The notes under the pieces were generated by a model that searched no databases, was not told where the DNA came from, and saw only the letters and a list, made by a program, of their open reading frames with translations. Both the position numbers and the translations under genes were made by a program. From a virus (Duplodnaviria > Caudoviricetes), in IMG/VR virus record IMGVR_UViG_3300028635_000030, positions 1 to 30,931 of that record: DNA of 30,931 nucleotides. One strand, given 5' to 3'. This document shows positions 1 through 9,027 of this stretch, one piece after another (position 1 is the stretch's first letter; every line of letters begins with the position of its first letter).

Positions 1-132
1 ACTTCGTCTGTATTTGCCTAGTGTTGCACCTTTATCTTCTACAGACATTGATTCGCGAAGCAAATCTAATTGTTCGCTATATACGATGCCAAGTTTATAT
101 TTGGGATCCCAATCAAATACAAATTTAACCAT
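1..132 (-). CDS. uvsW: N-terminus (partial, runs off window) of probable UvsW-like helicase
   Basis: ATG at 132-130 overlaps the uvsY stop (TAATG). Reads MVKFVFDWDPKYKLGIVYSEQLDLLRESMSVEDKGATLGKYRRS, resembling the T4 UvsW N-terminus (..ELRDFFSFEADG..). Adjacent to uvsY. Confidence 0.55.
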   Translation of the reverse strand, partial: MVKFVFDWDPKYKLGIVYSEQLDLLRESMSVEDKGATLGKYRRS

Positions 133-545
133 TATGTGGTTTCTAGCTCCATTATTTTTATAATATTTGAAATATCATAGGTCATTGATTTAGAAATGAT
201 TTCTATTTTTTCCAAGTAATCAATAATTATATCTTGTTCTTTTATTAAACTGTTAATCTTTTGAATTGGAGCTGAATTTTCGTATTTCTTTTCCATTGCT
301 TGTTTACTTAAACCTATATCTAAATTTTCTTTTTTAAAAAGTTCTTCTATGGCTTCTTTCTTTATGTTTTCTAATTCATGTTTACGGACCTTATGCTGTA
401 TTAGATAGGCAACATATTTATGTTTAATGCCCGGTAACATTAATTGTTTATCTTTTAAATTAAACTCATTAATAACAGCATCTTCTTCAAATTCTGTTTT
501 ATATTTAGTCATTAAATCAAATAATGATGATTTTTTGCCAGACAT
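132..545 (-). CDS. uvsY: UvsY-like recombination mediator
   Basis: 137 aa helical protein; pattern D..INE..L....L..P..KHKY and C-terminal YLEK......M.YDI.NII....LE match UvsY; AGGAG RBS upstream. Confidence 0.75.
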   Translation of the reverse strand: MSGKKSSLFDLMTKYKTEFEEDAVINEFNLKDKQLMLPGIKHKYVAYLIQHKVRKHELENIKKEAIEELFKKENLDIGLSKQAMEKKYENSAPIQKINSLIKEQDIIIDYLEKIEIISKSMTYDISNIIKIMELETT

Positions 546-576
546 ACCGTTAAAAACTCCTTGTATATACTAAATA

Positions 577-604
577 ATTATACGATAAACTTGACATATT
601 GCAA
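577..604 (-). promoter_or_regulatory. sigma70-like promoter for uvsY-uvsW
   Basis: Minus strand TTGCAA-N16-TATAAT upstream of the uvsY RBS. Confidence 0.45.
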
Positions 605-615
605 CGGAGTATTAT

Positions 616-1362
616 ATGAAAAATAAGAAAAAAATCAATGAAATGACCGCAGGTAGTGTACTAATGGGTCCAAATACTGATTGTACTGGACATGGTGGTG
701 ATGTGCCCGGCGGATCAGACTTTTATGCAAAAGGTGATGCGCGTATACCCAAGGTATTAGGTAAAGGTAATGTTATAACTAGAATAGGTAATGCTAAAAA
801 AAGAAAAAGAAAAAATACATTATTTGATTCATATTTTAATAAAGCTTTGTATCCTAGACGCATAATTAAAGAATTAAATACATCATTTGTATTAACAATA
901 ACACAAAAAAATTTAGAAAGAATTGTTGAACATATGGTTCAAGAGCATACAGAAGTTTATGATACTGTACGTAATGATTATGGACATTTAAAGATTAAAT
1001 TTAACACGGATGATAATAATTTTGAACAATTAAGTACAAAATTAGTAGGCATGTTTGAAGATAGATTGAATAAATCAATATTTTTAAATATAGAAAAAAC
1101 AGTTCAACCTATATTGACAGAAAAAGAATATCTTAAAGGTGGTTTAGCAGACGGATTGTCTGATAATGACTTAGCCAAAAAACATAATGAGCCACTTAAA
1201 AAAGTAAAGAAATCATTAAAACGCGGTGCACAAGTTGAAAAAGAACATACATCAAATCCTAATATTGCACGGGAAATTGCTAAGGATCATGTCGCCGAAT
1301 TGGGTTCGAGATATTACCCCGAATTAGATAAAATGGAAAAGAAAATAAAAAGGAATAAATAA
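616..1362 (+). CDS. Hypothetical virion-associated protein with C-terminal DUF5661-like motif
   Basis: C-terminal G..VE.EHT.....A.EIA.DH..E...YY..L..ME motif; N-terminal INE|M possible cleavage site; TAAATA at 571-576. Confidence 0.6.
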   Translation: MKNKKKINEMTAGSVLMGPNTDCTGHGGDVPGGSDFYAKGDARIPKVLGKGNVITRIGNAKKRKRKNTLFDSYFNKALYPRRIIKELNTSFVLTITQKNLERIVEHMVQEHTEVYDTVRNDYGHLKIKFNTDDNNFEQLSTKLVGMFEDRLNKSIFLNIEKTVQPILTEKEYLKGGLADGLSDNDLAKKHNEPLKKVKKSLKRGAQVEKEHTSNPNIAREIAKDHVAELGSRYYPELDKMEKKIKRNK

Positions 1363-1364
1363 AA

Positions 1365-1799
1365 ATGAAATTTGATTATTTAGTTAATCTAATATTAGAA
1401 GATACCGATCCCGTAATTGAATTTGCTTCCATGGCCCATGAAAAATGGCGTAAGAACTGGGATCCGGAAGGTACAGGTAAACCTAGAATAAAAAAGAATA
1501 GTGATGGTACTGAAGGTGATATTAATGTTCCTTTTGATAAATTGCATTCTGATTGGAAAAGAGAAAACTTAGCTGCAGGTGAAGCAGCCAAGGAAGCTGT
1601 TGAAAAATTTCCGGATGATGAAGAAGCAGGTGCTGAGTATATTCATATAAAATGGATGGAAAGAAATCCCCGCGAAGAATGGAATGCGGATCAGCATGTT
1701 CCATATGAAGAATTACCTGATAAGGAAAAAGAAAAAGATAAATTGCAATATAGAATAATGAAATCATTATTAGATGTTGAAGAACCATATGATGAATAA
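1365..1799 (+). CDS. Tandem RyR-repeat-like protein
   Basis: Two repeats: AHEKWRKNW...INVPFDKLHSDWKREN and IHIKWMERN...HVPYEELPDKEKEKD, matching the RyR (PF02026) H..W...VP[YF]..L....K..D pattern. Confidence 0.65.
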   Translation: MKFDYLVNLILEDTDPVIEFASMAHEKWRKNWDPEGTGKPRIKKNSDGTEGDINVPFDKLHSDWKRENLAAGEAAKEAVEKFPDDEEAGAEYIHIKWMERNPREEWNADQHVPYEELPDKEKEKDKLQYRIMKSLLDVEEPYDE

Positions 1800-2214
1800 T
1801 AATTTACATTTAGATTTAGGGCATTGGGAATATAATGATGTAATTCCTCGAAATACATATGGATTTATATATTGTATAGAAAATACTACTACCGGGAAAA
1901 AGTATATAGGAAAGAAACAAATGTTACATGTTAAAAAACTTAAACCCCTTAAGGGCAAAAAGAATAAGCGACATATACTTGTTGAAACTGATTGGAAATC
2001 TTATACCAGTAGTAGTAACGAATTAAACGATGATATTAAACAATTGGGTAAAGATAACTTTAAATTTTCAATATTAAAATTATGTAATAGTAAATGGGAA
2101 TTAGCATACCATGAAGCAAAAACACAATTTGATATGGGTGTACTATTGAACGAAAATTATTATAATGGTATAATAAATCTTAGAATTGGTAAAGCTCCTA
2201 AAAATAAAGGGTAA
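1789..2214 (+). CDS. GIY-YIG family endonuclease (free-standing)
   Basis: GFIYCIENTTTGKKYIGKK motif; later Y..S and E residues. Start moved to the in-frame ATG at 1789, near the upstream stop. Confidence 0.75.
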   Translation: MMNNNLHLDLGHWEYNDVIPRNTYGFIYCIENTTTGKKYIGKKQMLHVKKLKPLKGKKNKRHILVETDWKSYTSSSNELNDDIKQLGKDNFKFSILKLCNSKWELAYHEAKTQFDMGVLLNENYYNGIINLRIGKAPKNKG

Positions 2215-2219
2215 ACATT

Positions 2220-2837
2220 ATGGCACAAAGTAAATGTATTTATTGTAATTCTCCAAATTATGGTATAGGTTGTCCGTACGGGCCTAAGGGTAAACATGTA
2301 CATATTAACAATGGTGGTAAATGTATATGGTGTGGTTCTTCAAATATAGGTCTAGGGTGTCCTATAAATCCGTTTAGTAAACACCATGTCCGCGGTTTAG
2401 ATTTTAATGCAATGATACGTGAAACAACTGAAAATGGTATAACAATGGGTTATTTATTAAATAGATTACAAACACCTTTTAATAAATGGCCGGCATTTCA
2501 ATTAGGATTAATTGATGAATCAGGTAAAATAATAAAGAAACCTGAAACGGTTATTGAACGCGCGGTATTAACTAAATCAGATTTATACATAATAAGGTTG
2601 AAATCATTAATTAACGAAGCTGAATTATCAATTTTAAATAACTCAATTTATTTGAAAAAAGATGACCAATTAACTACTGAACAATTAATTGCACAATATA
2701 ATTTAGAATTAGATGTAGAAAGTAAAATAAAAGAAAATATTTCAGCATTAAAGAAAATAATTAGTGAAGCAAACGTCAATGGTTTAAATTTGAATACAAT
2801 TGAAAAAATTATATTAAAATCGTTTATAAATGAATGA
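2220..2837 (+). CDS. Conserved T4-like hypothetical protein with N-terminal duplicated Cys/His (Zn-binding) repeat
   Basis: CIYC....G.GCP......H.H twice; then L.TPF.KWPAF.LG.IDE.G..IKKP segment seen in T4-like phage hypotheticals. Confidence 0.6.
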   Translation: MAQSKCIYCNSPNYGIGCPYGPKGKHVHINNGGKCIWCGSSNIGLGCPINPFSKHHVRGLDFNAMIRETTENGITMGYLLNRLQTPFNKWPAFQLGLIDESGKIIKKPETVIERAVLTKSDLYIIRLKSLINEAELSILNNSIYLKKDDQLTTEQLIAQYNLELDVESKIKENISALKKIISEANVNGLNLNTIEKIILKSFINE

Positions 2838-2912
2838 TTTCAAAATGTCAAAAAATCAATTTGTCGACTCAGTATAGAATCAAATAAACATAAAAAACAT
2901 ATAGGACACCCG

Positions 2913-2941
2913 TTGACAAATAAAAAAAACAAAGGTATAAT
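2913..2941 (+). promoter_or_regulatory. Consensus sigma70 promoter
   Basis: TTGACA (2913-2918)-N17-TATAAT (2936-2941) in the largest intergenic gap. Confidence 0.85.
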
Positions 2942-3046
2942 AAATATAACTTGAAGAGCCTAAGAGTACTATAAAGTGTAATATATCTTTATGCTTAAAG
3001 CTCTTGATAGTACTTATAGATTCTAAAAATTTTTTTTGCAAAAAAT

Positions 3047-3616
3047 ATGAATTGTTACGTATCAGAACACAATTTGCATTTAGTAGATGTTGGTCGATTA
3101 TTTGATGATGTTATTGAAACATCAATTATTAATAGACTTAAAGAACACCAATTATTATTACCACATATAAAATTGAGGAATAAAGATACCCTTAAAATAA
3201 TTTATCATTACGTCACATATCATATTTGTGAACATATTAAAAATATTACACAAGGGAAAGTTATTTTATGTATGGGTGATAACGATTTAAATTGTGAAAT
3301 ATTTGAGTATTGTGATAAAAATGATATGGTAAAGTTACTTAGAACATTATTAAAAAAGATTCAACGTATTATTCCTATAACGTTTGTTGAACTTAAGGGC
3401 GTTAATTCTATGCGCGAATTTTGTGATGGTATTTTAAGCGGCAAAGGTGAATATATAGAACAATTTGGACAATTGTTATCCAAATTGTCAAAACGCCAAA
3501 AGAAGGAATATTCCCTTAAGGACGCAAAAAGATTTACATCACAATATGAATTACATTTTTTAAATAGAACATATTTTAATCAATTAAAGGTAAAATCTTC
3601 ATTAGCTATAAGGTAA
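3047..3616 (+). CDS. Hypothetical protein, possibly a degenerate T4 RNase H/PIN-like fold
   Basis: LHLVD...HY.......KVILCMGD...IP..FVE ordering parallels T4 RNase H (CLID...RH....KIVLCID...MP.IV), but the EADD acidic cluster is missing. Confidence 0.4.
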   Translation: MNCYVSEHNLHLVDVGRLFDDVIETSIINRLKEHQLLLPHIKLRNKDTLKIIYHYVTYHICEHIKNITQGKVILCMGDNDLNCEIFEYCDKNDMVKLLRTLLKKIQRIIPITFVELKGVNSMREFCDGILSGKGEYIEQFGQLLSKLSKRQKKEYSLKDAKRFTSQYELHFLNRTYFNQLKVKSSLAIR

Positions 3617-3620
3617 ATAA
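3612..3620 (+). promoter_or_regulatory. Late-promoter-like motif GGTAAATAA
   Basis: The same 9-mer recurs at 12946, 18424, 18397(-) and 29121; resembles the T4 late box TATAAATA. Confidence 0.6.
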
Positions 3621-3624
3621 TTTC

Positions 3625-4254
3625 ATGACAACATTATTTAATAAATTATTATGGGAAGCCGGTATGCCAATCCCTGGAATGGATCCGGCAGGGATGGATC
3701 CATTAGCTGCCGGGGCGCCTCCAGCAATGGGCCCTGCAGCTGCCGGAGCACCACCGGCAATAGATCCCGCAGCGGCTGGTGCATCTCCAGCAATGGATCC
3801 CGCGGCAGGTGGAACTCCCCCAGGACAAGATTCACAAACCCCTAAAATTGATAAAAATACACCTGTTAATGGTGAACAACTAATTAATGCAATTGATTTA
3901 ATGGATCCAACACGTATAAAAAGATATATACAAGACATGCAGTCTGATGTGTTAAATTTACCCAATGAAGTTAAGGGTATAGATTCTATAATATCCGCCA
4001 GTGATCCAGATAATCCAACTGTAGACTTAAAATCTAATGATGATAATATGTTATCAACTGCGGATATCATTAAAAGGTATTTAATTTTAAGAAAAATATC
4101 ATCAGCTGCAGCAGATGTGATTAAGGTATTAAATTCAGAAAGAGTACAAAATGGCCAAGCAGATGATGATGAAGAAAATGATGATATGCCTAAAATAGAT
4201 CAGCCAGCAGCTCCAGCAGCTCCAGCAGCTCCAGCAGCTCCAGCGATGCAGTAA
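3625..4254 (+). CDS. Pro/Ala-rich probable internal head protein
   Basis: Leader MTTLFNKLLWE|A; 10-aa repeats AAGAPPAMGP/AAGAPPAIDP/AAGASPAMDP; C-terminal (PAA)n. Confidence 0.65.
   Translation: MTTLFNKLLWEAGMPIPGMDPAGMDPLAAGAPPAMGPAAAGAPPAIDPAAAGASPAMDPAAGGTPPGQDSQTPKIDKNTPVNGEQLINAIDLMDPTRIKRYIQDMQSDVLNLPNEVKGIDSIISASDPDNPTVDLKSNDDNMLSTADIIKRYLILRKISSAAADVIKVLNSERVQNGQADDDEENDDMPKIDQPAAPAAPAAPAAPAMQ
4204..4244 (+). repeat. 9-bp tandem repeat (CCAGCAGCT)x4.5 coding PAA
   Basis: Directly visible perfect repeat. Confidence 0.95.
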
Positions 4255-4269
4255 ATGTAAGGAATTATT

Positions 4270-4797
4270 ATGAATAAATTTGACATGGTAATAGAAAATT
4301 ATTTAAAACTAATAATATCTGAAGCTGGAGTACCGGCGGCTCCAGGTATGCCAGCTCCTCCACCACCTGCTGATCCCGCACAAATAGGTAAAGATATGGA
4401 TAAATCTACATTAGGCATCATAGCGGGTGATCAAACTGTAAAAAGTTTATTTAACAATATTAAAAAATTTGGTACAGATGGGTTTATTAAATTTTTTAAG
4501 GAACTAAGAGAAAAAGCAAAAAGTCCATTAACAATTAAATCCCCAGATATAAAAGACTTTGTTGATAAAGATAAAATAATGAAGAGTTTAAAGGCTAATT
4601 ATAAAGATATATATGTTCCATTAATGCGTTATATTAAACTTACGGAAGATAAACACGGAAATGATATATTAGAAACAAAATATAGAAAACATATTGACGA
4701 GTTAATAAAGTATATGGATCATCATGTTAATACGATTAAGGATGTACCGGTTAACCCTTCTACCCCCGAATCAATATCACATGATGGACCCCCATAA
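4270..4797 (+). CDS. Hypothetical probable internal head protein
   Basis: MNKFD....LIISE|AG leader followed by a Pro-rich linker; AAGGA RBS. Confidence 0.65.
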   Translation: MNKFDMVIENYLKLIISEAGVPAAPGMPAPPPPADPAQIGKDMDKSTLGIIAGDQTVKSLFNNIKKFGTDGFIKFFKELREKAKSPLTIKSPDIKDFVDKDKIMKSLKANYKDIYVPLMRYIKLTEDKHGNDILETKYRKHIDELIKYMDHHVNTIKDVPVNPSTPESISHDGPP

Positions 4798-6104
4798 TGA
4801 TTACATTTAAAGATTATATTTCATTTAATAACGTACTTATAGAAAGTACGGGTATACCCAAGTTACATTTATCTCACCTTGAAGATTTATTAGTTGAAAT
4901 GGGTAAACAAGGATTTTATTTATTTAAACAACAAGTTCTTGGTTTATTAAATTATCTTTCGGGGTTAGAAAGTGAAACCGTTGTTAATCTTAAAGTAGAT
5001 GGCGCGCCTGCTTTATATTTCGGTAAAGATCCGCGTGAAGAATATAATGGGGAATTCTTTATTGCTATGAAAGCAGCTTTTGCTAAAGATCCTAAGATTA
5101 TTCATAATATAGATGATATAGAGGCATATTATGGTGGTAGGGGTGATTTAACAGAAAAACTAAAATCTGCACTATCAGAATTATCTAAAGTGTATGGGGC
5201 TTCTGGGGATGATAGAATTTTTCAAGGTGATTTATTGTTTGCGACGTTAGGAGATAAAAGACTTGAAACAATAGATGGACAACATTATATAACGTTTAAA
5301 CCTAATACTATTAAATATGCAATACCAGTTGATGCAGAATCAGATAATTATAATGCAGTTAAGGGGGCTTTATTAGGAATATTTGTACATGATTCGTTTC
5401 ACGGTTCAGCCATGGGAAATAATATTAATACAACCCCAGCTGGTAAAAATATTCAAAATTTAATTCAAGCCGGTAAGGAAACGGGTGTATATATTGGAAG
5501 TTCATCTTATGAAAAAGTTAATATTGATATTAGTCAAACAGATAAATCATTAATTGAAAAATGGATGAAAATAGTAGAATCTAATGTAGAATCCATAACA
5601 GATGAATTTAATAATTTTTATATAAACTCGAGATTATTAGATATACTTAAAAGATTTTTAAACAATGAGGTTAAGAAAGATCCACCAAACGTATATACTA
5701 ATGCAGTTTCATCTCATGGTGAATATAATGAAGATGAATTTAGTGATGCATTAAACGAATTTTTTGATATACGTCAAACCGCAGAATCTGAAGGAAAAGG
5801 TCCACGAGGTGTTGCAAATGCACAAAAAAGGTTTGATGAACTTCGACAAATTATAGAAGATCCTAATTTTAAAGCTTTAATTATTGCCACATATTATATG
5901 ATTAAAATTAAGGGTGTATTTGTAAATATATTTAATAAAGTAGAAAGTAAACTAGGAAAATCATTTTTACAACAACCTGACGGTAGCTGGGAAATAACAC
6001 CCGGCGAAGGATTTGTGCTATTTATAGGAGATAATCAAGTAAAACTAGTAGATAGACTAGACTTTAGTAAAGCTAATTTAATGTATGGAAAATTTCAGAA
6101 ATGA
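4797..6104 (+). CDS. DUF6267-like protein with ATP-dependent ligase/nucleotidyltransferase motifs
   Basis: HL.HLED, KVDGAPA (motif I KxDG), FQGDLLF (III), GEGFV (IV), VKLVDR (V), FS.AN. TAATG-coupled to the upstream gene. Confidence 0.7.
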   Translation: MITFKDYISFNNVLIESTGIPKLHLSHLEDLLVEMGKQGFYLFKQQVLGLLNYLSGLESETVVNLKVDGAPALYFGKDPREEYNGEFFIAMKAAFAKDPKIIHNIDDIEAYYGGRGDLTEKLKSALSELSKVYGASGDDRIFQGDLLFATLGDKRLETIDGQHYITFKPNTIKYAIPVDAESDNYNAVKGALLGIFVHDSFHGSAMGNNINTTPAGKNIQNLIQAGKETGVYIGSSSYEKVNIDISQTDKSLIEKWMKIVESNVESITDEFNNFYINSRLLDILKRFLNNEVKKDPPNVYTNAVSSHGEYNEDEFSDALNEFFDIRQTAESEGKGPRGVANAQKRFDELRQIIEDPNFKALIIATYYMIKIKGVFVNIFNKVESKLGKSFLQQPDGSWEITPGEGFVLFIGDNQVKLVDRLDFSKANLMYGKFQK

Positions 6105-6805
6105 ATTTTAATAAAATTGTAAATTTAATATTAGAAAATAACGATACAATTAAAGTGGGATTGTACCCAGGATCATTTACACCACCACACATAGGTCATT
6201 TTAATGTTGCAAAACAAATGAGTGAAGATGGAAACGATTACAATATTATCTTTACTTCTGGAAGAGAACGACAAGGCGCAGGAGGAAAAATATCAGAAAC
6301 TATATGGAGGGATTATTATTTTCCATTATTAAAAAATATGAAATTAATTTTTTCATCTATTAGCCCGGTGAAAGATTTGGCGGATTTAATATTATTAACT
6401 GCCGGGAATGATAAAAAAGCAAAAAACCCTGATATTTATATACAACAATTAAGTGAAAAATTAAAAGGCAATAATGTAATATTTACTGTATATGCCGGAT
6501 CAGATAGAGTAAGTGATTATGTTAAAAATCTCGGAAAACTTAGGGCAAAAAACATAGACATTGAAGTTTCAGAAACCATTCGGCCGATAGTTGATTTAGG
6601 CAATCAAGATATGCCTATAGTTACTAAAACAGGTAAAACAACACATATATCAGGTCCAGTTGAACTTTCCGGAACTATTGTGAGAAATTTGATCAATATG
6701 TTTCCATCAGATCATATAATAATGAAGAAAATATTTCCACCAGAAGTATTTTATAACAATGGAGATTTTGAACATATAATAGATATGTTGAAACAACGTA
6801 ATTAG
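6101..6805 (+). CDS. HIGH-motif cytidylyl/adenylyltransferase (NMNAT/PPAT-like)
   Basis: LYPGSFTPPHIGH, AGSDR and LSGT.VR (SxTxxR) motifs. Confidence 0.85.
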   Translation: MNFNKIVNLILENNDTIKVGLYPGSFTPPHIGHFNVAKQMSEDGNDYNIIFTSGRERQGAGGKISETIWRDYYFPLLKNMKLIFSSISPVKDLADLILLTAGNDKKAKNPDIYIQQLSEKLKGNNVIFTVYAGSDRVSDYVKNLGKLRAKNIDIEVSETIRPIVDLGNQDMPIVTKTGKTTHISGPVELSGTIVRNLINMFPSDHIIMKKIFPPEVFYNNGDFEHIIDMLKQRN

Positions 6806-6814
6806 GACGATATT

Positions 6815-7342
6815 ATGAAAATTAAGAAAAAAACAAAAAAAGCACCCATTAAGGAAATGTTTGGTCCTTGTGGGTGTATGGGTGATGATGTAGAGAATTT
6901 CAGTGATGAAATTCGTAATATGCCTGTATCCGAATTATTAAATCAAATTAAAGGCAATAATAATGATTTATATAGATCGTTAGTTACATATATTCGTGAT
7001 ACATATCAAGAATTTGATAGTGACAATATACCAGAAGGACCGCCTGCACCTCTTGTAACATTAGACCCACCCGATTCATCGCCAATGTCTGATATTATAG
7101 GTAAAATTGGGGATGCAATTGCTCATATAAGACCTCATTACATGAAGGGTATAATAGGTATTGGTAAGCCACGCGGAATAATGAGAGTTAAAAAGATAGA
7201 TATAACAAAACGGCCAGGTTCTCCGGCACAAGTGCGAACAGGTGGATTTACAAAACGTTTTGGTGAATCTAATAGAAAAAAGAATATGCGTGATAAATTG
7301 ATGATTGAATCATATAAAATTCTTCGCAACAAAAATAGTTGA
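6815..7342 (+). CDS. Hypothetical protein (basic ends, acidic middle)
   Basis: Same-strand ORF with RBS; IKE|M possible cleavage site. Confidence 0.6.
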   Translation: MKIKKKTKKAPIKEMFGPCGCMGDDVENFSDEIRNMPVSELLNQIKGNNNDLYRSLVTYIRDTYQEFDSDNIPEGPPAPLVTLDPPDSSPMSDIIGKIGDAIAHIRPHYMKGIIGIGKPRGIMRVKKIDITKRPGSPAQVRTGGFTKRFGESNRKKNMRDKLMIESYKILRNKNS

Positions 7343-7374
7343 AAAATTTATATAGTGCATTATTATTATAAATA

Positions 7375-8031
7375 ATGGCACATACAAAGTATTATACATC
7401 AAATGGAGTTAATGTTCCTTCCGTTACAACGGTTATAAGTAATAACCTTGGCTGGAACAAACAAATTCTTATCAATTGGGCAAAAAAGATAGCACTACAG
7501 CAAGGAATTGATAGTGACGAAATTACAAAAGAAGCTGCGTCAATAGGAACTATTACTCACTATTTATGCGAATGCAAGATTAAAAATGAAATGCCTGATA
7601 TATCAGAGTTTTCTAAAGAGCATTTAAAGAAAGCTAAATTTGGATATATGGCTTTTTGTAATTGGGAAAAGGATTGGAAACCAACAAAGTATCTTCATAG
7701 TGAAGTAAAATTAGTTAGTGAAGAATATTTATTTGGTGGTACTATAGATTTAATAGCAGAGAAAGATAATAAAATTTATTTATTAGATATTAAAACAAGC
7801 AACTATGTATCACCTGAGATGGCTATACAATTATCAGCGTATAGAATATTATATGAAGAAACATATAAACAAAAAATTGAATCTGGTGGTATTATTAAAT
7901 TAAGCAAAGATTCGGAGGAATATAAATTTTATCCCTTAAGTCTAGAAGACATGGAACACGGTTGGGATATATTCAATGCATTATTACGAATTAATAACAA
8001 TAAAAAACTTTTAGATAAATTTGGAAAATAG
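7375..8031 (+). CDS. PD-(D/E)XK exonuclease-like protein
   Basis: PSVTTV...W..W; GT..H..CE; E..L....GGTIDLIA....LLDIKTS; QLSAY. Confidence 0.85.
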   Translation: MAHTKYYTSNGVNVPSVTTVISNNLGWNKQILINWAKKIALQQGIDSDEITKEAASIGTITHYLCECKIKNEMPDISEFSKEHLKKAKFGYMAFCNWEKDWKPTKYLHSEVKLVSEEYLFGGTIDLIAEKDNKIYLLDIKTSNYVSPEMAIQLSAYRILYEETYKQKIESGGIIKLSKDSEEYKFYPLSLEDMEHGWDIFNALLRINNNKKLLDKFGK

Positions 8032-8039
8032 GAGATAAA

Positions 8040-8411
8040 ATGTATAAAATAACAGATATTGTAGAAACCGGGCATTGGGGTAAAATAGGTGGTACTATTG
8101 AAATATCGATAACAGTTAAAAGTAATATACCTGATGCCGAACAGATTAAACAGTTTTTAGACATAATTGATCGGTTCGATCATTGTTTAATAACGGATAA
8201 TGAAGAGTCAATTAAATATAGTGAACGATATATATTAATTGAAAAGTGTGGTAATTTGTTATTGGATATATATCATATATTATCATACTTTATAAAGGAT
8301 TATCCACATGTTTACGTCGATGAAATTTCAGTAAAGAGAGGTAAAGAAACATTTTATGATAAACCTCTTATTGCCAAAGGCTTTGTAAAATCTTGGAAGA
8401 CAGAAGGATAA
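8040..8411 (+). CDS. Degenerate QueD/PTPS-like T-fold protein
   Basis: IIDRFDHCLI and V..ISV segments resemble QueD; the HxH Zn ligands and catalytic Cys are not evident; lies directly upstream of queD. Confidence 0.45.
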   Translation: MYKITDIVETGHWGKIGGTIEISITVKSNIPDAEQIKQFLDIIDRFDHCLITDNEESIKYSERYILIEKCGNLLLDIYHILSYFIKDYPHVYVDEISVKRGKETFYDKPLIAKGFVKSWKTEG

Positions 8412-8415
8412 TATT

Positions 8416-9024
8416 ATGATAATAAGAAAACAATTTCAATTTAACGGAATGCATATAGTCAGAGATTGTTCATCTGATCGATGCAAGAAATCTATTCATT
8501 CTCATACATATAAAGTCGAAATAAAAGTTAAGTCACAATATTTAGATAATGCAGGAATGGTGTTGGATTTTGGTTTGATGAAAGGACATATTAAAGATAT
8601 TATAAGTTCCTTTGATAATGCATATTCATTATGGACTAAAGAAAAAAATGATTATAAACAATTGGTAACAATTAATAATGATAGATGGATTGAAATGCCA
8701 TGTTCTCCTACAGCTGAACAATATGCTGTGATGTTTTATGCAATTATTAACGAAATATTTAACAAAACAAAATTTAATAATGGCGAACGCGATCTTGAAT
8801 TATTATCCGTAACCGTACATGAAACAGAGACGGGATATGCTGAGGCAACATACGAAGACTATATAAATTTATGGTTAGATGGTGGTTATGATATCAGAAA
8901 TATTATTTTCAGCCCGGCAATTAAGAAAAAATGGACAGACCCTGATTTGTGGGATAAGATATTATCTGTAGAGGGGATATTTTATAATCCAGAAGTTGAA
9001 TTATTATATAGTGAAAGGAAATAG
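8416..9024 (+). CDS. queD: 6-carboxy-5,6,7,8-tetrahydropterin synthase (long QueD type)
   Basis: F...HIVR.CSS.RC..SIHSH.Y, GMV.DFG, SPTAE, V.VHET.TGYA. Confidence 0.9.
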   Translation: MIIRKQFQFNGMHIVRDCSSDRCKKSIHSHTYKVEIKVKSQYLDNAGMVLDFGLMKGHIKDIISSFDNAYSLWTKEKNDYKQLVTINNDRWIEMPCSPTAEQYAVMFYAIINEIFNKTKFNNGERDLELLSVTVHETETGYAEATYEDYINLWLDGGYDIRNIIFSPAIKKKWTDPDLWDKILSVEGIFYNPEVELLYSERK

Positions 9025-9027
9025 GAT

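Noticed and set aside
591-615. Plus-strand sigma70 promoter at TTGACA 591
   Set aside because: The nearest -10-like TATTAT is only 13 nt away, so the spacing is wrong.
1789-2214. Group I intron hosting the GIY-YIG gene
   Set aside because: Both neighbours are intact and abut it; there is no room for intron core structure.
3660-4244. GC-rich repeats as a CRISPR array or ncRNA
   Set aside because: Period is a multiple of 3 and in frame; they encode Pro/Ala-rich peptide repeats.
7375-8031. Cas4
   Set aside because: Lacks the four-Cys Fe-S pattern; generic phage PD-(D/E)XK nuclease.
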